From assembly GCA_965205675.1 (NCBI GenBank), contig OZ242186.1, positions 1,504,001 through 1,568,000 of the forward strand: a stretch of 64,000 nt of DNA, written 5' to 3'. Below, one piece after another: positions 20,329 through 30,434 of this stretch. A model generated the notes under the pieces. That model was not told the DNA's origin. It searched no databases and was given only the letters and a program-made list of their open reading frames with translations. The position numbers and the translations under genes are program-made. Source of the stretch: Nitrosopumilus sp. (GTDB lineage Archaea; Thermoproteota; Nitrososphaeria; Nitrososphaerales; Nitrosopumilaceae). How positions within the stretch are numbered: position 1 is the first letter of the stretch; every line of letters starts with the position of its first letter.

Positions 20329-20801
20329 AATCAAATCTAATTTCAAAAAGTGAAACATCTACACTTTTAAAAACAGTGTCAGAAGAATGGGGAATTAAGT
20401 TTCCTAAAATTAAAAATGTCAAAGTTTATCAGATTTTAGATGATGCACAAATCATTACCGGAAACGGAATTAAAATATTAAAAGTCAATGATGACTATTT
20501 GCCATTCTTATCCGAAGTTGGAACATTGGAAAAATTTCCAACAATAACAGTAGACATGGGAGCAGTGAAATTTATGTGTAAGGGAGCAAATTTGATGAGA
20601 CCGGGAATTAAAAAATTTACAGAATTTGATAAAGAAAAAATAGTATGCATTGTTGAAGAATCGCAACATAAATTTTTGGCAGTTGGAAAGTCAACGGTAT
20701 CAAGCTCAGAACTAGAAAATATGGAAAAAGGCGAAGTCGTAAAAAATATGCATTATATTTCAGATAGATTCTGGGAAACAGGTAAAACAATTTATGATTA
20801 A
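20325..20801 (+). CDS. PUA-domain RNA-binding protein
   Basis: VDMGAVKFMCKGANLMRPGI, HYISD. Confidence 0.88.
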   Translation: MKSNLISKSETSTLLKTVSEEWGIKFPKIKNVKVYQILDDAQIITGNGIKILKVNDDYLPFLSEVGTLEKFPTITVDMGAVKFMCKGANLMRPGIKKFTEFDKEKIVCIVEESQHKFLAVGKSTVSSSELENMEKGEVVKNMHYISDRFWETGKTIYD

Positions 20802-20829
20802 AAATTAAATTTTAGAATTATAGAAATAG

Positions 20830-21426
20830 TTATTTTATTTCTTCAGTAAATTCTTCAGTACCGTCTTTAGTAATGATAAGCACATCTAATCCATCACCAC
20901 TTGCAGAATCTCTAAGTGCTGCAGAACGTACTGCACGTTTTGCTAAATCAATCGCTTCATCTTTAGCCATGTTTGGTTTGAATTGTGGATCTAATACACC
21001 CAAAGCTATTTCAGCTCCTGTTCCAACAGCAGCAAAATCATCAGGGAGTACTGAACCTAGAGGATCAAGAGTGTACATAATTGGCGTGTCAACAACACCA
21101 CCAACAATTACCTGAGTTAGTAATGGGAAATATCTTCGTTCATACATCATATTAGACATCATTTTTGCAACAGTGTTTGGAGGAACATCTCGTTTTAATT
21201 CCATTTTTCTAATTTTTGCAAGAGCAGAAATCTGTAATGACAGAATTTGCATATCAGCCACAAGACCTGCACAAGTTGCACCGACTTTTGGAGTAATCGG
21301 AAATGTTTTCTTTGTGGATTTACTTACAAGAAAATTACCAAATGCGATCCGTTTCTCACTGGCAAGTACTACACCACCATCAAAAGTAATTCCAACAGCA
21401 GTTGCTCCTGGCATGTACATTGACAT
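20830..21426 (-). CDS. psmB: Proteasome beta subunit
   Basis: GATAVGI, GLVADMQ, LDPLGS, RDSASGDG. Confidence 0.94.
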   Translation of the reverse strand: MSMYMPGATAVGITFDGGVVLASEKRIAFGNFLVSKSTKKTFPITPKVGATCAGLVADMQILSLQISALAKIRKMELKRDVPPNTVAKMMSNMMYERRYFPLLTQVIVGGVVDTPIMYTLDPLGSVLPDDFAAVGTGAEIALGVLDPQFKPNMAKDEAIDLAKRAVRSAALRDSASGDGLDVLIITKDGTEEFTEEIK

Positions 21427-21520
21427 ATTTCAAAGGATTTTACCGCATAATAAAGGGCTTTCTACATTTGACAGATAATTCGAGGAAAAACAATTATAGT
21501 GAAAGTATTGGAGAGTTGTA

Positions 21521-21937
21521 TTGACTACCGCAGAAATTAGAGAGAAAATTCTAAACGATATTGTCTTTATCGGTTTAAGATCTACTATCGGCGTGATCTT
21601 TATTCTTCATGGTATGTCAAAATTTAATCCGGGATTTGCAGAAAACTTGCCAAATATGGGATTGCCTGCAGAGATGCAAATTCCCATAGCTTTGGCAGAA
21701 CTAATTCCAGGAATTTTATTGATCATTGGAGTGTTAAGCAGAATATCAGCATCATTGATTTCAATAATCATGTTAGGCGCAATTTTCATAGTTAAAGGAG
21801 CATCGAGCATTACAGGAAAGGGAGGAATAGAATTTGATTTGATTTTACTTGCGTCAGCACTTGTAATTATGATTGCAGGTCCAGGCAGGATATCACTGGT
21901 ACAGACAATTAAAAAAATACCAAGATGTCTTCATTAG
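21521..21937 (+). CDS. DoxX-family membrane protein
   Basis: LRSTIGVIFILHGMSKF, GIEFDL, GPGRIS. Confidence 0.88.
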   Translation: MTTAEIREKILNDIVFIGLRSTIGVIFILHGMSKFNPGFAENLPNMGLPAEMQIPIALAELIPGILLIIGVLSRISASLISIIMLGAIFIVKGASSITGKGGIEFDLILLASALVIMIAGPGRISLVQTIKKIPRCLH

Positions 21938-23295
21938 AACCTTCCAAAATTCTCCATAATTAGACACATGCATTTTGTAGTTTTCTTTAGCAAGTCAACT
22001 CGAGCAAATTCATTTGGAGAGTGAATTCGTGAAAACATGTATGTACTTCCAATAGAAATACAGGGAGATTTTAAAATTTCAACAAAAGGATACATGGGGC
22101 CAGTTCCAGCGTTTGAGACATTCAAAATAGAATTACCAAAAGATTTGTCAGCAGCATCTTTTATTTGTAAAACAAATGGATGTGAAGAAGAAGTCCTAGC
22201 AGCTGCCTCCCCATGATATATTTTAATTCCAATATCAGAGAATCCTTTAGATTTTAGATGTTTTTTTAATCTAGATATCTGTTTTTTTGGATCCATTTTA
22301 GGAATCAATCTAAAATCGATTTTCACTAGGGCATTTCTAGGAAGAACCGTTTTCGCCCCATCTCCAGTATAACCAGAAACAAATCCAGCAATATTACAAG
22401 TAGCGTCTCCTATCAGGGCTTTTTTTGCCTCTACTCCTTTTTTATTACCTACAAAGGAGGAAATACCAAATTCTTTCTTGAATACACTTTCATCAAATGG
22501 TTCTTTTTGAATTATTTTTAAATCGTTTTTTGAAAAAGGTAAAACCTCTTTGTACCAGTCTTTAATGAGAATTTTGCCATCTGAATCCCTAAGTGTATTT
22601 ACAGCCTCGATTAATCGCCATGCAGGATTTTTTATCAGAGCAGCTAAACTAGAGTGAGCGTCAATTTTTGATTCAGTTGCAGACAATTCTACAAAGAGTA
22701 GTCCTTTCATCCCAAGACCAATAATAGGTCTATTTTTTGCATCAACATATCCAAATTCCCAAATAACACCATCACAAGAGAATTTCTTTTGATATTTTTT
22801 TAAATAATCTTCAATGTGAGCACTGCCAGTCTCTTCTTCACCTTCGATTACAAATTTAATATTGCAAGGAACATCACCTGTTGTTTTAAGACAAGATTCA
22901 ACTGCTTTGATTCGGACAATCAATTCACCCTTATCATCAGTTGCACCTCGTCCAAAAATTTTGTTCCCTTTTCTAACACCACTAAATGGAGGATCGTCCC
23001 ATAAATCAAAAGGTTCAGCAGGCTGCACATCATAATGATTATAAAACATCAAAGTCTTTGTAGGATTTTGTTTGGATTTTATTTCACCATATACAATTGG
23101 TGCAACACCCTTCTTCAATCTTAGAATTTCAGATTTAATGCCAGATTTTTTGAGTAATTTTTGTACAAGTTTTGCACATTTTTCAATACCCTCATTTTTT
23201 GCAGAGACGCTTGGTTGACGAATTAACATTTGCAAATCAGCGATGAGATCATCCATATGAATATCAACATATTTTGTTGGAATCATTTCAGTCAT
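21934..23295 (-). CDS. M20/M25/M40-family metallopeptidase
   Basis: YNHYDVQP, GRGATDDKG, EGEEETGS, HSPNE. Confidence 0.92.
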   Translation of the reverse strand: MTEMIPTKYVDIHMDDLIADLQMLIRQPSVSAKNEGIEKCAKLVQKLLKKSGIKSEILRLKKGVAPIVYGEIKSKQNPTKTLMFYNHYDVQPAEPFDLWDDPPFSGVRKGNKIFGRGATDDKGELIVRIKAVESCLKTTGDVPCNIKFVIEGEEETGSAHIEDYLKKYQKKFSCDGVIWEFGYVDAKNRPIIGLGMKGLLFVELSATESKIDAHSSLAALIKNPAWRLIEAVNTLRDSDGKILIKDWYKEVLPFSKNDLKIIQKEPFDESVFKKEFGISSFVGNKKGVEAKKALIGDATCNIAGFVSGYTGDGAKTVLPRNALVKIDFRLIPKMDPKKQISRLKKHLKSKGFSDIGIKIYHGEAAARTSSSHPFVLQIKDAADKSFGNSILNVSNAGTGPMYPFVEILKSPCISIGSTYMFSRIHSPNEFARVDLLKKTTKCMCLIMENFGRF

Positions 23296-24155
23296 ACAAT
23301 TCTATCAAAAGGCTTCATCACAGTAGGAATTTCATCTAAAAGATCCATAGAAGTCATATGTAATCCTAATTTTTTTTGAGCAGATTTACCTGCCAATCCA
23401 TTAATGAAAGCAGCAGCAGCGGCAGATTGTAAAGGGTTTCTATTATTAGATAATAATCCAGCAACCAAACCAGACAAAACATCACCTGTTCCGCCCACAG
23501 TCATTCCTGGTATTTTTTTTTCATAAAGATATGTGGTAGTACCATTAGATATCACATCAGTTGGACCCTTTAACAGAACAGTAATTCCAAACTCTTTTGC
23601 TTTGGTTTCAACAAGTTTGATTCTTTCAGTTTTACAATTTGAAGGAAACTCTCCAAACAATCTCTTAAATTCTCCAGTATGAGGAGTGACTACAACATTT
23701 TTGTTTGCAAGTAATGGAAGTATTTCAGGAATTAATGCACTAGCATCCAAAGATAATCTAACATCGCTATTCAATAATGCTTTTACAAAATGTAACAGAG
23801 AATTCTTTTCTTGGATGACAAGACCCATGCCAATAGTAGCAGAATGTAAGTTACAAGGAAGGGATCCAATTAATTTATTGGTAGCACCTAAAGTTAATTT
23901 TTGATCTACTAAAGGAATCACAATTAGATTTGGGGAAATAGCACGAGTTGAAGCGACATTAATTTTTGGAACAGAAGTATAAACAAGGTCAGTGCCACAT
24001 TTCAAGGCAGCAAGGGAAGACAAGATAGGAGCACCGTGATAGATATAACTTCCACCAACAACTAGAACTATTCCATTATCACCTTTCCTAGATTTGGATC
24101 TTCTTGCAGGAATGAATGTCCTGACTAGGGATGAGGTTAGAGATTTTCTCACCAT
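23292..24155 (-). CDS. nnrD: ADP-dependent NAD(P)H-hydrate dehydratase
   Basis: KGDNG...VVGGS, TPHTGEF, GGTGDVLSG. Confidence 0.9.
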   Translation of the reverse strand: MVRKSLTSSLVRTFIPARRSKSRKGDNGIVLVVGGSYIYHGAPILSSLAALKCGTDLVYTSVPKINVASTRAISPNLIVIPLVDQKLTLGATNKLIGSLPCNLHSATIGMGLVIQEKNSLLHFVKALLNSDVRLSLDASALIPEILPLLANKNVVVTPHTGEFKRLFGEFPSNCKTERIKLVETKAKEFGITVLLKGPTDVISNGTTTYLYEKKIPGMTVGGTGDVLSGLVAGLLSNNRNPLQSAAAAAFINGLAGKSAQKKLGLHMTSMDLLDEIPTVMKPFDRIV

Positions 24156-24210
24156 GTAGTAGTCTTTAAAAAATAGATGAATAAATCTTGTTTCAAATGT
24201 GTGCTAACTG

Positions 24211-25131
24211 CTAGGTAGACTTTTTTGTAGATTTTTTTACGGTTTTAATGGTAGATTTTTTAGTTGTTTTAGAAGCCGTTTTTGAGGTATTTTTTGCAGG
24301 TGTTTTGATAATCGATTTTGAGCGTTTTTGTTTATCTGTAGAGTCTTTATTTCTATCAAAAAAGGCCTTTCGGGCAAAGCATAGATAGGTGGTATGGCCA
24401 ATTCCTTGAAATGAATGTCTAGTCTTTCCTTCTCGAGCTTCAATATTTCGAATGATGTGTTCAGTAGATTCTATATCTGTAAATTCATTTTCAACTAGAG
24501 CCATAGTTAGTTTCTCTAATTGATTCATCGTAGGACAAATTGCAAATACACCTCCACTTCCTTTTAACATCTGTCGAACTTGAGGAATCACAGCCCAAGG
24601 ATCGCCTAAATCAATTAATGCAACATCCATATCAGACAAGGGCATTTTTTTGACAGTTTTCAAATCCAAATTATGTTGTGTAATATATTTAGAGACGCCA
24701 GCTTTTTTGATATTTTTTTCAGCTATTTTCATAAAATTTTGATCAATATCAAATGTATACACATGGCCTCGAGGTTTTACAATACTTGCTACAAACGAAG
24801 TCAGAGAACCACTGCCAGTTCCAATTTCTAATATTTTTTGACCATCACCAATTCCGGCTCGTGTAACAATGTAACCAATATCTTTAGGGTATACAATTTG
24901 CGTGCCATGTTGAATTTTCATTATATAGTCATACAGGGTTGGCTCCAAAAGATAGACGTATTTATCCTTGTTTGTAGTCAACCGAGAACCATATTCTTTT
25001 CCAATTGCATCATCATGTTTAAGAATTCCAATATGAGTATGAAAAGATTCATTTTTAGAAATTTTTGCTAGCCATTTTTTAGAACTGTTATAAAAAAACA
25101 GTACATGAGAACCATTCTTAATTTTGGACAT
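24211..25131 (-). CDS. trmI: tRNA (adenine-N1)-methyltransferase with Lys/Ser/Thr-rich tail
   Basis: TQIVYPKD, LEIGTGSG, DLGDPW, GHTTYL. Confidence 0.9.
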   Translation of the reverse strand: MSKIKNGSHVLFFYNSSKKWLAKISKNESFHTHIGILKHDDAIGKEYGSRLTTNKDKYVYLLEPTLYDYIMKIQHGTQIVYPKDIGYIVTRAGIGDGQKILEIGTGSGSLTSFVASIVKPRGHVYTFDIDQNFMKIAEKNIKKAGVSKYITQHNLDLKTVKKMPLSDMDVALIDLGDPWAVIPQVRQMLKGSGGVFAICPTMNQLEKLTMALVENEFTDIESTEHIIRNIEAREGKTRHSFQGIGHTTYLCFARKAFFDRNKDSTDKQKRSKSIIKTPAKNTSKTASKTTKKSTIKTVKKSTKKST

Positions 25132-25207
25132 ATAATTGCCCTAGAAATTTTAGATAAGAATCTACTGGTTAATTTCAAAATGTTATTTACTTTAAGAGTC
25201 TAGATAT

Positions 25208-25282
25208 TATGCTGATGATTATTTCAAGGGATTCTCTCTGATTTTCCTCAAATGTGATGAATGTTGCCGAATTATGAAGCTA
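25208..25282 (+). ncRNA. Putative box C/D sRNA (2'-O-methylation guide)
   Basis: C ctgatga 25212-18, D' ctga 25238-41, C' gtgatga 25254-60, D-like atga 25274-77; guides complementary to AGAGAAUCCC and AAUUCGGCAA. Confidence 0.6.
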
Positions 25283-25381
25283 TTTTCTATCAAGTAAATC
25301 AAGTTGATCGGACGTTTAGAAAATTGACCCACAAGTAATCATTTTTGATTCTGGTTTTTTAACAGAAACATTGTCTTAAGA

Positions 25382-25510
25382 GAGATATTGAGTCAGAGAC
25401 ATCTCGCAGTGTTAGCTGGAAGAGCCCAATGCTCACATAAACTAGTTAATGCACTAGTCTCCAAAGTAAAGGAGACAAACTTTTTTTCCAGAATGCGCAA
25501 GTTAGAAACA
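25382..25510. ncRNA. Candidate structured RNA (multi-stem junction); strand unknown
   Basis: ctggaa/ttccag closing stem around three hairpins, plus upstream hairpin gagat/atctc. Confidence 0.4.
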
Positions 25511-25558
25511 ATTCAAGTACAAATAGTATTTTAATACCAAGACAAACACCATAACAGA

Positions 25559-25879
25559 TTGACAGAAATTCAATTAGCAGGTTCAGGCGGATGGATTAAT
25601 GCAGACCTAAATGATGAACAAGTAGCAAAATCAAAACTTGTTCCAAATATAGATAAACATTTTTTGGCATCACTTGAAAAATTAGATACTGCAAAAATGT
25701 TAAAACATTTTTGTAAACAGTGTAATTTGGAGTTTGGCGGACCAACTCAGATTCAAATTGAGGAAAGCCCAAACGAGGATGTGGCAGATAACCTAACCCT
25801 GATAGAAAGGGGACAATACACATGTCATAAATGTAATTCGATTATTGGAGAATACAGAGTATTCCAGAAAAAAGAATAA
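25559..25879 (+). CDS. Hypothetical zinc-ribbon protein
   Basis: CKQC ... CHKC. Confidence 0.75.
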   Translation: MTEIQLAGSGGWINADLNDEQVAKSKLVPNIDKHFLASLEKLDTAKMLKHFCKQCNLEFGGPTQIQIEESPNEDVADNLTLIERGQYTCHKCNSIIGEYRVFQKKE

Positions 25880-25976
25880 TCCATGAATCATCAAATCCAG
25901 TTAATATGATTTTGTTATTTTTATGCCAGCCTAAATAATACGTATTCATTAAATACGGCAATTTTTTATAATTATC

Positions 25977-26114
25977 ATGTCAAATCAAAAATGCGTATCA
26001 TGTGGAATTGGTTTCTTTTCCCCAACTGGTTCAGACAAATGTTCCAAATGTGCAGGAAAAGAATCTCAAGGTCATGAAGGCCATGATTCCTGTGGCTGTG
26101 GACACAGCCATTAA
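25977..26114 (+). CDS. Cys/His-rich metallothionein-like microprotein (45 aa, not in ORF track)
   Basis: MSNQKCVSCGIGFFSPTGSDKCSKCAGKESQGHEGHDSCGCGHSH. Confidence 0.75.
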   Translation: MSNQKCVSCGIGFFSPTGSDKCSKCAGKESQGHEGHDSCGCGHSH

Positions 26115-26160
26115 TTCTTTTTTTCCATAATATGACCATATTAAACTGAATGTGAGACTG

Positions 26161-26673
26161 ATGACAAAAACATCTCAAGAAATGAAAGAACAGGTTGAAG
26201 AATTTATCAAGATTACTAATATCAATTATGAGGATCAAACTGAAAAAGTTAAAGAAAAGAGCAAAATCATAGATTGGCAATTTCATGTAGGAACAAATGT
26301 CATAATTAGTAAGAACGTAAACAGAACAGATAGAATTCACATAAATGTAAATATGCGATTTTCATCTCAAGATTCAAAATTACTAGTAATGAAAAACCCA
26401 TCATTTTCAAAAGCAATTATGGAAATTAGTGAGATTTGTACAGCGTGTAATGTAGGACATCAATGGATTAGAAGAGAAGAGAACATTGCAGGTTTGGCAA
26501 TATTTTCCCATGTTGATGAGCAGATTCTAGATAGAGTTTCGTTTCACAATACATGGGATAATGTAGCAAGAGTATCAGGACATGTCCAAAAAATCTTGCG
26601 TTCAAATTTTAGTGGGTTTTCAGCACAAAATAACACTACAGACGCAACAATTGACAAGTCAATGTATGGTTAA
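26161..26673 (+). CDS. Hypothetical protein
   Basis: Clean ORF; ATG at 26161 preferred over upstream GTG. Confidence 0.75.
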   Translation: MTKTSQEMKEQVEEFIKITNINYEDQTEKVKEKSKIIDWQFHVGTNVIISKNVNRTDRIHINVNMRFSSQDSKLLVMKNPSFSKAIMEISEICTACNVGHQWIRREENIAGLAIFSHVDEQILDRVSFHNTWDNVARVSGHVQKILRSNFSGFSAQNNTTDATIDKSMYG

Positions 26674-26720
26674 GAACACACCGAAATGAACATACACTAG
26701 TAAAATACAGAAAAAATGAA

Positions 26721-27020
26721 ATGATTTCTTTTGAATATAGAATTCTTAGTGAATATAGAATAAAAATAGCAAAAATTGAAACACTTACTAAGTCCATTTT
26801 GTCTCATAGAAATCCCAAAGGAGATGAGGTAAAAGAAGCATCAGAATTTTTAGATATTTTGATTAACGAGACAGATGTGTTTTATAAAGATAACAGTACA
26901 ATATTATCAAATAATGGAAAAAGACCACATGCACGATCTCGTTTAACAGAAGTCAGAGAATGGAATGACAATGTTGAAAGATTCTATGAAAAAAATCCTA
27001 GACGAAGATCAAGAAAATAA
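26721..27020 (+). CDS. Hypothetical protein
   Basis: Clean 99-aa ORF. Confidence 0.7.
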   Translation: MISFEYRILSEYRIKIAKIETLTKSILSHRNPKGDEVKEASEFLDILINETDVFYKDNSTILSNNGKRPHARSRLTEVREWNDNVERFYEKNPRRRSRK

Positions 27021-27108
27021 TTGTGTTAGACAATTTGAAATGATTTTTGGATAACTAAAACATTTTTAGCTGTCAGGTTTAGTGCGTCTTGGATTTCTTG
27101 TTTGTATA

Positions 27109-27133
27109 TAGTTTAGGCATACAAATTTTGAAT
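27109..27133 (+). mobile_element. Orphan left end of IS630 type C
   Basis: tagtttaggcatacaaattttgaa matches the left end of the element at 58452 with one mismatch. Confidence 0.7.
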
Positions 27134-27686
27134 CAGTAGATGGGAAAGTACATCAAATTACACATTCTAGGAAATAATTATTTTTGTTATTTCTAAAGTA
27201 ATGAATAATTATCTTTACAAAGAAATATTTGAGAATTTCAATTGATATTATTGGTTTGTAATTTTTTACATTAGTTTCTTCTGAGATAATCAAATTAGCA
27301 ATTATCCATGCATTGTACAAAATCAATGAATAGTAAAAATACAACAATCTTATGGATTGATTCCCACTAGTAGTCTTTGGTCTGAACCTTCCCACACATG
27401 CATATCCTGTTTCAATTCCCCAACGTTTCTTGTAATCAGTTGGAATGTTTTGTATGTTATATGATATTTCTTTTGGTGAAACGTTTGTTGCAAACACAGC
27501 ATACTGATCAATAATATTTGATTTTTTTCTTGCATTTTTGTTTGGCAGAATAACTAGATTAAATGACTCGATGTGTCCTGATGATGATTTTATTGTGTAT
27601 GGCGAGATTGACTTTCTATCTCCATTAACGTATTGTACAATTGCATCTTTGATTCGAGAATTCTTTTTTGCAGGCATTAGAAATTT
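27134..27686 (-). mobile_element. Truncated ISH3-family element (one end plus transposase 3' part, ORF 27153-27677)
   Basis: cagtagatgggaaagta terminus; close copy of 56932-57484; YKKRWGIETGY motif. Confidence 0.9.
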
Positions 27687-27891
27687 TAAAATAACATCTG
27701 TTGAGAGGATTCATACAAATATCCTTGGCACTCAAGTCCACTATGATTCAAATACAGAAAACACATCAGTGGATGGTGTAAGAAATAGTTGCCATGTTAT
27801 CCAAAATTCTGAATCAATTGATGCAAGTGATCGAGCATCACTTGATAGTACGTTGGGAACTAGAATAACTGTTGGCGGTTATCATACATAA
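27687..27891 (+). pseudogene. C-terminal remnant of a gene paralogous to 28131-29128
   Basis: DRASLDSTLGTRITVGGYHT* vs DTAELESTLGSTITVTGSHA*. Confidence 0.6.
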
Positions 27892-27984
27892 TCTCCCCTA
27901 TTTTTTATTAAAAAGAAGTTAACACATATTGAGACTCTATTATCCTGAAATTAATTCACCCCATCATTTCCAGACTAAAATCCC

Positions 27985-28082
27985 GATACGTATGAAACAG
28001 AGGCAAGAATCAAACTGGATGTTGCAAATTATATCTTTAGAAATCCTGCAAAGATGTTCACGAATTTTTGATCGTCGCTATA
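27985..28082 (+). mobile_element. 3' remnant of IS630 type B
   Basis: gatgttgcaaattatatctttagaaatcctgcaaa...tttgatcgtcgct shared with 12543-12620 (reverse). Confidence 0.7.
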
Positions 28083-28130
28083 ATAGGTTTACAATCAGCA
28101 AACCAAAATTCAATTTAAAAAAATAAAGGG

Positions 28131-29128
28131 TTAAGCATGAGAGCCTGTTACTGTTATAGTTGAACCAAGAGTGGACTCTAATTCAGCAGTGTCCAACACA
28201 TCATTATCCACATAATGTGATATGCTAGTGCATTTAGCAAGCCACGAAGATCCAACTAAACTTCCATGTCCGCCATAACTTCTATCATGAGTTTTTGTTC
28301 CAAATCCATTATGCATTTCCTCAGATGAAGATTGATGGTAACGCACAGAATTATGATCGACGTTATTTGTAGAACATACTTCAGACCAGAATCTTACTCG
28401 GTCTGGATATGGAATGTTTTCAATCTCCGTCGATACAGTACTAGGACCAAACTCAGTATCCCAAGTAGGGATATGAATAACATAACCAGCAATTTCTGCG
28501 ATTGGAACCAAATGTAGGCTTTGTTCTCCAAACTTATATCACTAGTATGTATTGGCATGATACCATCTGTAATTAAAGACGCATACATTTCTGCTTGTCC
28601 ACCACAATTAAGATCACTGCCTAGTTCAAAACATACAGAACTGACAGAATTATTGTTTATGACATCACTTGCATTTTTAGCTTGTTGTGCCCAGTAGTTA
28701 GGGTTTTTGTCTAATTCCTCAGATGTTACTACACCGTATATTTTCAGAGTTTCCATTAGTGCAAATAATTCAGCTTCTAAATTCTGGATTTTTTCAGCAT
28801 CATCATCTGCTTTTGCTTGTTGTAGATTTAATGTTAATTGACTTCCAATATCGATTAGTTCTTGAACTGTACTTTGGTATGGATTTTGTTCTGCTTTGAA
28901 TTCATTTATTGCTTGTACGTATTCCTCTTGCTCATCAGATGTCATATTTTGATAGAAATCGTGTTGTTTTAGAACTTCCAAGTATGGATCATATACATTA
29001 GCAACTGGTCCTATTTCATCTGTAGAGTCTTCCTCTCCGGGTTCACTTTGAGCAAAAACATTACTCATTCCTACAGGAATTAATAATATCAATGCTAAGA
29101 GTGGAATTGCGTATTTTATTTTATTCAT
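28131..29128 (-). pseudogene. Secreted protein of unknown function split by a frameshift near 28505
   Basis: Signal peptide MNKIKYAIPLLALILLIPVGMSNVFA; overlapping ORFs 28394-29128 and 28131-28511. Confidence 0.65.
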
Positions 29129-29199
29129 GTTATTGTATTGTATCTTAAACTATCCATATTTAGACTGCAGTTTGTATCCAAATATCCCACCCTTTGATT

Positions 29200-29778
29200 T
29201 AGAGAAATCCCATTGAACAATCAGTATCAATTCCTGATATTGGTAAACGATTATTCTTCATGTCTGATTTGTGCCATACTGGACCCTGCTGCTTTTAGCA
29301 TGGAACTATCCCCTGATGCTGAATTGTTTTCTACTAATCCCTCTGAGATGAATTTGTTGCCCATGGTACTAATCATATCACTAATGGGTAGAAATCAAAA
29401 TCGTCTGTCAATAGTTCTTCTGTCTGGAATTCCGAGTTAATTTACAAACCTTGAACAATTTATCATTGATGCCTTTAGTCAAAAGAAAATAATGAAATGT
29501 ATTGTTGCTTGGAATTCTCATCCATGACTTTATGATGAACAATTGCACCATCTGGATGGTTGGATACACGTATGGTCTGCCGGCTCTGAATACGTCTTCA
29601 TACAGAGACAACATTCCCACCAAATGTAACACACCAATAAGAAATGATTCTGATAGAATCTTGCCTAGGAATTTTCATTTGTTTTGACATTCCAATGAAC
29701 AAAACATGATAAGATCCTTAGCTTTTTCCATTTGAATAATTTGAGAATTGACTCAAAAATTAGAATTAGTTATGCCCA
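29200..29778 (-). mobile_element. Degraded DDE transposase remnant (IS4/IS5-like)
   Basis: GRPYVYPT..., IPDRRTIDRRF, GDSSMLKA fragments in different frames; boundaries approximate. Confidence 0.6.
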
Positions 29779-29782
29779 TGTC

Positions 29783-30100
29783 TCAATTAATTACACATCT
29801 GATGGATATGGCAAAATATCTTTTGATTCTACTAGCAATAATAACAATTCCTTGGGAGTTCTCAGTGCATGCAGAGCCACCTGTTTTACGAAATTCTGCC
29901 CAAATACGTTGAATATGTCTCTGTGTTACATTCATTTCATATGCAATTGTAGCTGTTCTACGACCTTGTTTACACTGTGCAATGATGTAACGTATTGATT
30001 TCTCAGTAAGATATTTCCTCATAATTTTAGATCGATATAGTCTATAGTATTCCTTTACACAATGTCTAATCTTAGGACGACCTAATTTTTATACAATAGA
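29783..30100 (-). mobile_element. IS481-family remnant (left end and N-terminal HTH)
   Basis: ORF resembles the N-terminus of the 54174 transposase; end sequence repeated at 37283-37337. Confidence 0.7.
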
Positions 30101-30162
30101 ATTCAAGATAAAATGAATAAGACATAATTATCAGGATCCAAGCAGAAATTAGCATATACCCA

Positions 30163-30405
30163 ATGGCTACAAAAACTACTAGTGTTAGTTTTTACATTGC
30201 AAAGGCGATAGAATCCATTGAAAAAATAGAGAATCTCAGATATGAAATCAATGCAATGGGAACGATTTTGGAATCAGATAACATGGATGTAATAAATTCA
30301 GCAACAAAACAAATGACAGAAACAGTTCACAATCTAGGCATTATCAGAGTAGAGGTAATAATCAAGATAGATTCAAGACAAGACAAAGATATCAAAATGG
30401 GATAA
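30163..30405 (+). pseudogene. Thiamine-binding protein family (MTH1187-like), probably degraded
   Basis: YEINAMGTILES, RVEVIIKIDSRQDK; upstream IQAEISIYP lacks an ATG (agg-atc); early stop. Confidence 0.6.
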
Positions 30406-30434
30406 AGATCATATTCCATTAAAAAATAGATGAA

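Noticed and set aside
25975-26340. 121-aa minus-strand ORF
   Set aside because: Antisense to the Cys/His microprotein and the 26161 gene
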